The notes below the pieces were generated by a model. It saw only the letters and a list, made by a program, of their open reading frames with translations, did not search any database and was not told where the DNA came from. 64,000 nt of DNA, taken from Octopus sinensis. Lineage: Eukaryota. The stretch covers positions 37,510,001 to 37,574,000 of the forward strand of contig NC_043001.1 of NCBI RefSeq assembly GCF_006345805.1, given 5' to 3'. A program made the translations under genes and the position numbers. Of the stretch, positions 37,561-49,419 are shown one piece after another (position 1 is the first letter of the stretch; each line of letters begins with the position of its first letter).

Positions 37561-37850
37561 CTATACATAGATTTTGATGATAATGATAATAAATACGATA
37601 GCAACAGCAGTTTTCCTTTTCAATTTTTTCTTCCTAAAAGCAAGAAAACAAGAAGACAAGCCAATCAATGAATTGATTCCAATAAGCTGCTGGCACTTAA
37701 TGTATCCTTCAAAAGGATAAACATCAAACTTTATTTAAATGTGACTCGCAATACAAAAACACCAGTAGCAAGCCTGATGCCGCAAAGCATCTAGTACAGT
37801 TCCCAACCGTTTGTTGTAACTCACCTGCCCAAACACAAAATATTTGGTCT

Positions 37851-37881
<31 letters not shown>

Positions 37882-38350
37882 TTGTTTCATTTTTTTTTTT
37901 AACAGATGATGCCTGTGAATTTAAGGAAGCGACTATAGGAAATTGTGATTCTAATGCTTTTGTCATAAGCATTTTATCTGATTACAATGATCGACCGATA
38001 GAGTTTCTTTTACAATAATGCTGGTCGTGGTGACGACAACGACGATGATGACAATGATGATGATGATGATGATGATGATAATTTCAACCATGCATAAAAC
38101 AAAACAAACAAATATAAAATAGAATACAGAAGCATATTGCAATCGTAAAATTTATGCTCCTACACATGCACACACACACACACACATATACATATACAGA
38201 TACATAAGGAGCTTGCTTGCCAACCACATGGTTCCAAGTTCAGTCCCACAGCATGGCACCTTGAACAAGTGTCTTCTAGTTTAGCCTCGGGCCGACCAAA
38301 GCCTTGTGAATGGATTTGTAGATGGAAACTGAAAGAAGCCCATTGTATAC

Positions 38351-38399
<49 letters not shown>

Positions 38400-38643
38400 T
38401 CCCCTTACCATCGCTTGATAACTGATGTTGGTGTGTTTACATCCCTGTAACTTAGCAGTTTGGCACAAGAGACTGATAGAATAAGTACTAGACTTACAAA
38501 AAATAAGTCCTGGGGTCAATTCATTTGACTAAAGGCAGTGCTCCAGCATGGCCACAGTCAAATGACTGAAACCAGTAAAAGAATAAGAGAATATATATAT
38601 ATATATACATACACATATATAACACACATACATATATACATAC

Positions 38644-38674
<31 letters not shown>

Positions 38675-38741
38675 TACATACATACATTCATATGCTTTGG
38701 AGTGGGGTAACACACTGGTGCATATATATATAAGAGATGTA

Positions 38742-39367
38742 CAGAGATTGTACAAAATAATGGAAACACGTAGCATCATAGCATCATAATTTTGAAATAT
38801 CTATAAAACCATCAAAAGCTTGTTTATTTTTGTTTTTTGATATTTTATTAATGTTGCTTAATATGTCTTGTTAAAATTGCTGTTTCTTTTCAGATATCAT
38901 CAGAAAAAGGTAATTAAAATTCATTACAATAACAGATCTATCGGACTTTTAAAGAGGTCAAGTTGTTGTATGGCAGGGGCTAGCATAACGAAAACAGCTG
39001 AAATGCTTGGTGTGTCAAGAAGTACTGTCTTGAAAGTAATGACAGCCTTTGAAAAAGAGGGAAAAATCTCCTTGTCGAAACAAAACTCCAGAAGAAAGCC
39101 AGAACTTTCAGATAGGGAACATTGGACTCTTACGCGAATTGTTAGAGAGGATCACAAAAGTACAGCTCCAAAAATTACTGCCGAACTTAATGACCACCTC
39201 AAGAACCCAGTTTCCACAAAAACTGTTCACCAGGAGCTGCACAAAGCCATATTTCACAGGAGGGCTGCAATCAGAAAACCATTACTTTCAAAAACTAACG
39301 TTGCAAAGTGTTTAGAGTGGAGTAAAAATCTACAGATTTGGTCCCTAGAGCAGTGGAAGAATGTTAC
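38742..39367 (+). mobile_element. Tc1-family transposon 5' fragment (left end + DNA-binding region)
   Basis: TA|CAG...CAAAATAATGGAAACAC end. ORF 38868-39386 has TAEMLGVSRSTV, VSTKTV..ELH, AAIRKPLL, WS.EQWKNV, truncated before DDE. Confidence 0.85.
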
Positions 39368-40309
39368 CATTGATCCCAGTACTTGACTGGTATTCAATTT
39401 TATTGAACTCAAGACAGTGAAAGGCAATGTTAACCTTAGTAGGATTGGAACAAATACCACAGACCATTTAACAATTCTACCCACTTGAGTGATATTTTTG
39501 AGGTAGAAAGTCATATAGTGAAATGGAAACATTCAGTTTCATTAACCTCAGTAAATACCTGTTGATCTAAGATTTTAATTTCTCTGTCTGTTAATCTCAT
39601 CCCCGGTCTTGAAATATTCTGTTTAATATTTGCATATCTATAAGGCAGCAAGCTGGCAGAATCCTTAACACACCAGGCAAAATGCTTAGTGGTATTTCAT
39701 CTGACTTTATGTTCTGAATTCAAATTCTGTTGAGGTTGACTTTGCCTTTCATTTTTTCAGGGTCGATAAAATAAATACCAGTTGAGCACTGGATTCAATG
39801 TAATCAACTTGCCCCCCCGTCCCCGAATTGCTGGCCTTGTGCCAAAATTGGAAACCAATATTTACATATCTTGACTACATTTGATTCCTTATTGTCATTA
39901 AGTGTCTTATGCCTAGGTATGTGCATATTGCTTGTCTGGATTCAGGTGTGGAACCTGATGACAAATGAAGATCAAACCAGTTGAAACATAGTGTAGATGT
40001 TAATACTAAATATTTACTTTCATCTCCGAAAGGTTAATAGACTGAAAAACTGAAATTTTATTAGCAACTAATCATCTCAGAAATTTTGACATTTAATCAA
40101 CAAATAACTTATTTTATCATTCTAGCAGGAGAGAATTAACCATAGTAATTCTTTAATTTAGAAGTGAAAGTGACAAAACTAAAAACCGTAAAATCAAGAC
40201 TATCATCTTTTTTTTCAACAACAATAATAGTAATGATAATGTTAATAAAAATAATCATCTCACTAACACTCTTCTATGCTTGTCTGAGACAGACGAAATT
40301 TGTTGAGGC

Positions 40310-40493
40310 GTGAACAGGTCGCGGTCTTAAAGCGACGAAAATATTTTGACAAATTAAACTTAAATGTTGAAGTGAATCGAACGGCTTTTGTGTGTTTTTT
40401 AAATGGCTTACAAACACCTTCCACGCTGCAATTGTTTTTGTTTCAGCACACGATCTCAGATCAAATCACTTGCTTTGCAAGTACATCACTGTA
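40310..40493 (+). mobile_element. Second copy of the G3-C8 hammerhead element, 5'-truncated at the core
   Basis: GTGAACAGGTCGCGGTCTTAAAGCGACGAAAATATTTTGACA at 40310-40351 is identical to the 4.7-kb copy but lacks the stem I 5' strand. Confidence 0.65.
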
Positions 40494-40674
40494 GTTTCTT
40501 GTTTCCAAGTAAGGTAATATTTTCCTATAGCTAGATATGTCATTTCACAAAAGACTGACATTTCACAAAAATAACCTCACTTGTGTAATGATGATGATGC
40601 TCATTTACAAACATCTTGACAAGGATACGAACACACACACACAAACACACATGCACACACACATATGCACATGA

Positions 40675-40721
<47 letters not shown>

Positions 40722-43700
40722 TACATTCATACATACAACAGTCTTCTTTCAGTTTCCATCTACCAAATCTACTCACAAGACTTTGGTTAGTCCAGGACTA
40801 TAGTAGAAGAGACTTGCCCAAGATGCCATGCATTGGGATTCAACCCAAGACCTTATGGTTGGAAAACAAGTTTCTTAGCCACACAATCTAACCTGGAATG
40901 TAGTTGTACTTAATAGCAATGATAATGATAAATTTTTGAAGAGGAAGAGTAGGACTGAGTAAATAAACTCCAGTGAATAACCTGGCATTTATTACTGAAT
41001 CCACACTGTAACAACCATGAAAATGCACAAACTTGACCGTAAAAAGAATATATGTCCAGACAAATTGTATTGAGTCTAGTACGTTATTCATTTTTTAAAA
41101 AGAAATTATCAATGCTGAAAAATATGAAAGCAAAATTGATTTCAGGAGGATTCAAACTCAAAGTGTAAAGATATTTAAAGACATTTCAACAGTAATTAGT
41201 GAGAACAGTGTAGTATTTGTGCTACAACAATAATATTAATCTCTTGCCTTGAGACATGAGCACAAATTTGGAGAGGGAAGTGTAGCTGATTTAACTGACT
41301 CTAGGACTTCATTCATATATTAATTCCAGTGGGGAAGAAAGTCAAAGCCAATCCTAGCAAGATTTGAACTCAGGACATACAAGGACATAACTATACACTG
41401 TGAGTCATTTTGTCAGGTGTTCTACTGATTCTTTCATCTATTAGTTTTCAATAAAAGGTACGGGGTCACAAATTTCAGAGAAGGGAATAATTGGTATTCT
41501 GCTTGTTTTATGTTCAAACTGGCCAGATCTGGCCTCTCACACCTATCCGACAATGTCATTCTAAAAACAAAATTACATCATCAAAATCTTGAAACTATGA
41601 GATAATGCATGATTAGTTCAAAACAATGTGAATAAATAAGCATTACAAGAGTGCTAAAGGGTTAATCGCAGTGCTAAAGGGTTAAATTGATTCAAGTACT
41701 TGACTACTACTTATTTTATCAACCCTTAGCAGGATTTAAATTCAAACTGTAAAGGCATAACTAAATGCTACAAAGTGTTTTGTTTGGCATTTTACCAATT
41801 TTGCCATGAACCACACTCTTGATGGGGATAATAATAACAACAATGATAGAAAGAATGCAGTAATTGATCAATCAATAAAAAAAAGTTAAATAATGATGAC
41901 TTAATTAGTTTTACTGGGGACACAGGTTACCGTAGTTAGTACTGATAGCATTGGCAGTAACACTTTTGCATCAATTGCACTTGCTTGTTATTATGGGGGA
42001 AGAAAAAGAAAAAGAAAACAAAACATTGCTTTCCAGTAGTGTTCAAGAAAATTCTATAAAGATTACTTTGGAAATTGAGATACAAGAAGTGAACTGAATA
42101 TCCATCAAAGTTAAATGATTTATTGCATACATTTATTGAAAATGAATTTTGTTTTGCTAATTGTCTCTTTCCATAATTTCCCATCAAGAATAACAAGCAA
42201 TATCCATCATCATTAAAACAAACTGTTATTGGACAAACTTCTTGACATAATCTCGAAATTGTAACTGAGTTCCAACATTTTGTTTATAATGGCACACATA
42301 CAATGATAAAAGAAGAAGTGCTTGAAAATAAAATCAACTTATATATATATATATATCATCATCATCATCGTTTAACGTCCGTTTTCCATGCTAGCATGGG
42401 TTGGACAGTTCGACCAGTGTCTGGGAAGCCAGGAGGCTGCACCAGGCTCCAGTCTGGCAACGGCCACGATCAAATGGTTCGCTTACTTGTCACCGGCACT
42501 GGTATCACAGCTGCAATTTCCATTGATGTTGATCGACTTCGATTTTGGTTCTGCTTTCTGATATCTGATTTGATTTGGCTTGATTTTGATTCTGATTTTT
42601 TGATTTTTGATTTTTGATTTTTACTTGCCTCAACGGGTCTTCACAAGTGGAGTTTTATGTCCCAAGAAGGAAAGGTATGTATAAGTCGACTGGCTACATA
42701 CCAGGTAGAGGCCACGGTTATGGTCTCACTAATCTTGCCGGGTCTTCATGTTACTAATTATTATTTAACGAGAAAGGGCACACACTTAGATCAGTACAGC
42801 TTGGCATCAATGCTGTCACAGGTGTTGCTATTAGAACTGCAAAGCATCTTGTCTGACTCTAAAAGTTCTGCTAATCGACCACTCTGGATTGGTACTTTTT
42901 TCTCAACCCCAGAAAGATGTATGGCAAAGTTGACCGTAACAAAATCTGAACTTGAAAGGCGGAAAGTCAGAAGAAAATATGAGGCATTCTATCATTCTGT
43001 TCCTTGCCTTGACAAATTCACCATCTAAACTGTCTGTCCGTATGTATGTATGTTACACACACACACCACACACACACACACATATGTACATATATATAAA
43101 AGGATAAAGGACATAGGCCCTCTTTGGTCATGAATGACCACGGACTGCATTTAGAAAGTTCCTCTCCAAGGTACAGGTTTGAGCATGGGTGTGACAAGCA
43201 GCAGTCACCCATACATACCAGCCTCCCCTGTCCACACTGATTTTGTCCACAGGAAAGGCAAAGGTCGATACAGCTTGTTACAACTCATTTCTATAGTTGA
43301 AATAAAATGAAAGAGCAACGTGAAATAAAGTGTCTCGTTCAAGAACACAACACTCAGCCTGGTCAGGGAATCAATCTCATTACCTCGTATATATATATAT
43401 ATATATATATATATTCTTTTATTTGTTTCAGTCATTTGACTGTGGCCATGCTGGAGCACTGCCTTTAGTCGAGCAAATCGATCCCAGGACTTATTCTTTG
43501 TAAGCCTAGTACTTATTCTATTGGTCTCTCTTGCCGAACCGCTAAGTGACGGAGACGTAAACACACCAACATCAGTTGTCAAGCGATGTTGGTGGAACAA
43601 TCACAGACACACAAACATATACACACAGACACACACACACACACACACACACACATATGCAACAGGCTTCTTTCAGTTTCCATCTACCAAATCCACTCAC

Positions 43701-43814
43701 AAGGCTTTGGTCAGCCCGAGGCTATAATAGAAGACACTTGCCCAAGGTGCCACGCAGTGGGACTGAACTCGGAACCATGTGGTTGGTAAGCAAGTTACTT
43801 ACCACACAGCCACT

Positions 43815-43867
<53 letters not shown>

Positions 43868-46800
43868 AAGAGTTAAGGAATGGAGTAGATAAGATCCAGG
43901 CTACATATGTTTCATAGTGAGTGGAACCTTGGAAGTGGTAAATATCCACATGAGGAGTATACCACAGGCTGCTCATCAGGCCAAAGGTATCTTCATTAAA
44001 TGAAGGTTTACATTGTAGCAACGAGGTACATTGAAGTTTCAATCAGAATGTGTAGAGAGCAGTAAGAGTGAAGAACATAAATCATCATCATCATCATTTA
44101 AGAGTGAAGAACATAAATCATCATCATCATCATTTAATGTCCGTTGTCCATGCTGGCATGGGTTGGACCCCCCACCTCAAATAGAAAAGAATAAAAGAAA
44201 TAATAACACAAGAGAGTGGGAGATTTAAGGAATTTAAGCAAGGTCATTTGACTGGTAGTTTTCAATAGGGCTGTTTTGGCCAAGTCATAGAGATTTGCAA
44301 GGGGATTGGTATATATTCTTCTATTTGTTTCAGTCATTTGACTGCAGCCATGCTAGAGCACCACCTTTAGTCTAATAAATCGACCCCAGGACTTATTCTT
44401 TGTAAGCCTAGTACTTATTCTATCAGACCCTTTTGCCAAACTACTAAGTTACAGGGACGTAAACACACCAACATCACTTGTCAAGTTATGGTGAGGGGAC
44501 AAATACAGACACACACACACACACATGTATATATATGGCAGACTTCTTTCAGTTTCTGTCTACCAAATCCACTCACAAGGCTTTGGTCAACCTGAAGCTG
44601 TAGCAGAAGCCATTTGCCCAAAGTGCCATGCAGTGGTACTGAACCCGGAACCATGTGGGTTGGTAAGCAAGCTACTTATCACACGGCCACTTGTCTATGT
44701 ATGTAAGTATGTATGTATGTATGAATGTATGCATGCATGTATGTATGTATCATATGTATGTATATACATATACTAGTATTATAACTCAATTACATTTGGG
44801 TCTACTCAGACCACACTTCAAAGATGATGAATTTTGCTCTAGAGACCATGCCTTTCAATTGAGCAAACTCAAAGTTGCCATGCAAACACCCAAGCAATTT
44901 TAACGTAGGTGTGCAAATTTTCAGGTCAATCTGACCACATTTACTAACACTTTTGCCTGCACAACTGCTTGTGAGACAATGCTCGCCCTTTTCACAAATA
45001 TATAGTTGTGAAAGGGGCAGGCATTGAAATAAATACATATACAGGATCTGTAGGTGCATGCATGATCTGTGTGATAAAGAAGATCATTTCACAATCATAT
45101 GGCTTTGCATTCTGTTCCACTATATAGCACTTTGGCCAATTGTCTTCTAATAGAGCTCCATGCCAACCAAGGCCTTGTCAGCAGATTTGGCAGACCGAAA
45201 CTCAAAGAGGCTCTGCACATGTATGTGTGTGTGTGTGCTCGCACATGCTTATATATGTACACGAGTATCCTAGTTTTGACACCGCATACTAGCTTCACTG
45301 TCTCCCAAGTGGTGTTATTTGTTGGCAATCTTCCTTGAAAGCATGTCAGGTCATTGTGCCTGATGTGCTTGAAGGATTAGAGGAAATATTACCTTGCTAG
45401 GCAACAGGTAAGGGTGCATGACAAGAAGGACACCAAGCCATATTGATATGTGTCTCAACGTTTTACTGATCCATGCAAGTGTGGAAAAGTGGCTGATAAA
45501 ATTACAATGATGATGGTGAGGATCTATTTCAATATATATAAGTTGATATAATTTTCAAGGCTCTCTTTGCTTTAGCTATACCTATCACTTTTATTAAGAC
45601 TCTTTGCACAACTCTTTGCATAAAAGAAGTATTTTCATTATAGTTGTACTTTGCTAGGCCTTATTTTTGTATCTATATTTATTTATTTATAAATATAGTT
45701 TTACTAGATAAGGATTTTTGCTCATTGTATTTAAGTTTCTATATGCAAGTGATTTAATATTACTTTAGGTGCAGGAGTGGCTGTGTGGTAAGTAGCTTGC
45801 TTACCAACCACATGGTTCCGGGTTCATTTCCACTGCGTGGCATCTTGGGCAAGTGTCTTCTACTATAGCCTTGGGCTGACCAAAGCCTTGTGAGTGGATT
45901 TGGTAGACAGAAACTGAAAGAAACCCGTCATATATATGTATGTGTGTGTATATGTTTGTGTGTCTGTGTTTGTCCCCCCAACATTGCTTGACAACCGATG
46001 GTGGTGTGTTTACGTCCCCATAACTTAGCAGTTTGGCAAAAGAGACCAATAGAATAAGTACTAGGCTTACAAAGAATAAGTCCTGGGGAAGGGGTCAATT
46101 TGCTCAACTAGAGGTGGTGCTCCAGCATGGCCACAGTCAAATGACTGAAACAATTAAAAGAATTAAGAGTAGTGCATATACAAGTAGTAGTAGTAGTAGA
46201 AGTAGTCTGTCAATCATAAAGAAACTACAGCTATAACTAGCAATTATTTGCCTTATTAGTACCCGCCTCATAACTACATCTAATACCTCTTCTGCATCAA
46301 TCGTTTTCCCTTCATCCCTCTAACTACAGCACTATTTCCTCAGCTGATGTAGTTATATGAGAGCAGAACTGCACATATTTCAATCCACTTTTGTGCTATC
46401 GATTATCACTTTTCCTAGAACTACTTCCTTTGCCATCCATCCTGCACTTCCAGTATCATCCTTTACAACATTTTCTCCACTGAACATCTACCATTTATGC
46501 CCCACCGTTTTTGTCATTCACTATATCCATCCCTATGTACCTCTGATCTCCATCCCCGTCACTGTGTATCTTCTTTCTCCTTCCCCAACACTTCACATCA
46601 TCTCCCTATTTCTCATCTGTCTATGTTTTATTACACCATTGCTCTCTCCACTTTTTTATGTGTTGCTACCTATTACCTTTTCCTCTTTGACCCACTCATA
46701 TTTTCTCTATTTTCCCCCATACTGAAATTCACCAGTCTCTTCATCTCCACACCATTCTTTTCATTCACTTCTATTCTCACCTTTACAGTCTGTCATTCAC

Positions 46801-47413
46801 CTTTCATACCTTTAAGAGTCTACCAGCTTAACCATCTTAGATTCTCTTTTCCTATTCTCTCTCTTTATCTACCTCCTTTTACCTTGAGGATATGCCCTAA
46901 CACATCTCCACCATCCTTTTTCCTTTTCTAGCTGGGGTAGCCATGTATCTCCTCTATTGCATGACACTTATTCCCATCCCTCTATCATACTTTAGCTTCT
47001 CAACATCTGGAATAAGGTTATGTCTCTCAATACTGCACCTTCTACTCTGTCTTGAGAGTTACTTGGTGACCTCACTTGTGCTGGTGTCACGGAATAGTAC
47101 CCAGTACACTCTATAAAGTGGTTGGCATCCAGCTGTAGAAACTATGTCAAAACAGATTTTGGACCTCAATACAGTTCTCTGGCTCATCAGATTCTGTCAA
47201 ACCTTCCAACCCATGCCAGCATCGAATATGGACATTAAATGATGATGATTTATGTGTGTATGTATATATATGTTTCATACACAACAATTATCAGCCCAAA
47301 ACATTCTTACCTGATGATTGGCATGGCATGAAACACAAGTTGTAAAATAGGAATTCAGTTGAAATAGTTTATAAATACATATACACATACATACATTGCA
47401 TTCATTGCATACA

Positions 47414-47444
<31 letters not shown>

Positions 47445-48724
47445 TTAAATTAGATTGATAGATTGACAGGCAGATAGATGGAAACCATCAATCTCACTTC
47501 AAGTTCATGTTACTGAGATTATAACAAAAGTTAAAAAGCAACAGAAATATTTCTTTAGTAGTTGTCCATTTGTCTTCATGTGTGTTTTCTAACCCAGTCA
47601 TAATTAGCATAAATTCAAACAATGATTGACATGAACCTTATGGAATCATTGATTTAAATATGTGTTACTAACATTGTTAATTTTTCTTATATAGATGCAG
47701 GCCTGGCTGTGTAGTAAGAAATTTGCTTCCTAACCACATGGTTCTGAGTTCAGTCCCACTGTGTGGAACCATCAGCAAGTGTCTTCTACTATAGCCCTGG
47801 ACCAACCAAAGCCTTGTGAGTGGATTAACTTCCTAGGTAATGTTACCACCTCAAGTAATGACAACCCATAAGGGCTCATTTCCTAGTTTCATGGCATATA
47901 TATTCCCCACCTGGATGGGATAGTGGTCCATCACAGGATTACTCATTTTTGCTCAAAAACACAATGTGCCACCCAGTCCACGAATCAAAACCACAATCTC
48001 ACAATCATGAGTTGAACACCCTAACCACTAAGCCATGCACCTCCACTGTGAATTGATTTGGTAGATGGAAACTGAAACTGAAAGAAGCACTGGTTCTAGT
48101 AAGTAAGTTTGAAACTGATGAGATTTGAAGTTTAGCATCCCAGTATCCCATGGCACCAGCACTGGCAGGGTAACCAAGTAATTTGCTAGACAAGAAATTA
48201 TGGGAGTGGCAGGGCATTTGAGAAGGGCAATTTGTGTCAGAGGATGAAAGGATAGAGTGTGACAAAGAGACAGAGAGACAGAAGCAGGTATCCCATTCTG
48301 TTACTAAATGCTACTACAAAGTATTATGAATCAATTACTAGTCTATGTTACTATATTAGAAAAGGAAAATGTAACAATGCAAGTAACACATTGCAACAGT
48401 TTTTTCATTGTGGATACCTTTGTTGTAAGTAACTCATTAATTTCTAGATTAGGATAAATGGAAGCTGTGGCTTTCAGTCTTCTTCCAACAGCATTAATAT
48501 AGACACAAGTGTGAGTGTAGAGTAAGAAGCTCGCTTCTCAACCACATGGTTGTGGATTCAGTCCCACTGCATGGCACCTTGAGCAAATGTCTTAGACGGG
48601 AACTGAAAGAAACCCATCACGAGTATATGTGTGCGTGTATAATGATGACAGACAAAAAAAATAGGTTACTAAAATATACATTATTTACATTTGACAGATA
48701 TTTGTCCTTATCTTGTTTGTTGTT

Positions 48725-48770
48725 AACACAAAGTTTCGGCTGATATACCTTCCAGCCTTCATCAGGTGTC
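48725..48770 (-). ncRNA. Minimal type I hammerhead fold
   Basis: GACAC-CUGAUGA-A-GGCUG(10 nt)CAGCC-GAAA-CU-UU-GUGUU. Stem III is one change from palindromic AACGUU. Confidence 0.65.
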
Positions 48771-49373
48771 TTGGGCACATGCATCACAACCATATGTGCG
48801 CGACATGGTGATCTCATATCAAGATAAACAGCACATGACCTTGCAGGTGGGGCCCAGTTAGAATTTTCTTCAGGTTGAGTAGCCCATCCCGCTCAAAAGG
48901 TCCCTGAATAAGGGTTGTTTAAGGATGTTGAAAGAACCACCAGAGGTGAATTATTCAAACCCCAAAGAATCCCTTTCAACACATGGCTATGATGCTCCCC
49001 CACTACTACTCGTGATCAGAGATGCACATATTGTCAGCCACTAATTATAATTATTATTATTTTTGGCATTTTGGCATTAGGAAGGGCATTCTGCTAGATC
49101 AAGATTGGAGCCTGGTGCAGCCATCTGGTTTGCCAGTCCTCAGTCAAATCATCCAACCCATGCTAGCATGGAAAGTGGACGTTAAACGAATGATGATGAT
49201 TATTCAGGTCAATGCCTGGAATCGAACTCAGAATATTGGGGTTAGTAGCCTGTGCTCTTAACCACCACACCATATGCTTGTGGGTATATGGCATAGTGGT
49301 TAATAATAATAATAATGTTAATAACATCAAAAAATACCTTAGGAATGAGAACCCAGGTTCGAAATTTCCTCAA

Positions 49374-49419
49374 GACACCTGATGAAGGCTGAAGGGTAAA
49401 TCAGCTGAAATGTTGTGTT
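49374..49419 (+). ncRNA. Minimal type I hammerhead fold (inverted partner of 48725-48770)
   Basis: GACAC-CUGAUGA-A-GGCUG(10 nt)CAGCU-GAAA-UG-UU-GUGUU. Differences look like CpG decay. Confidence 0.65.

Noticed and set aside
34579-37671. Many YI/HT/CV-rich ORFs
   Set aside because: Translations of microsatellites
38868-39386. Second domesticated transposase (acceptor-like ttttcag upstream)
   Set aside because: Retains the transposon left end, has a disrupted start region and is cut off by a SINE fragment; ordinary Tc1 relic
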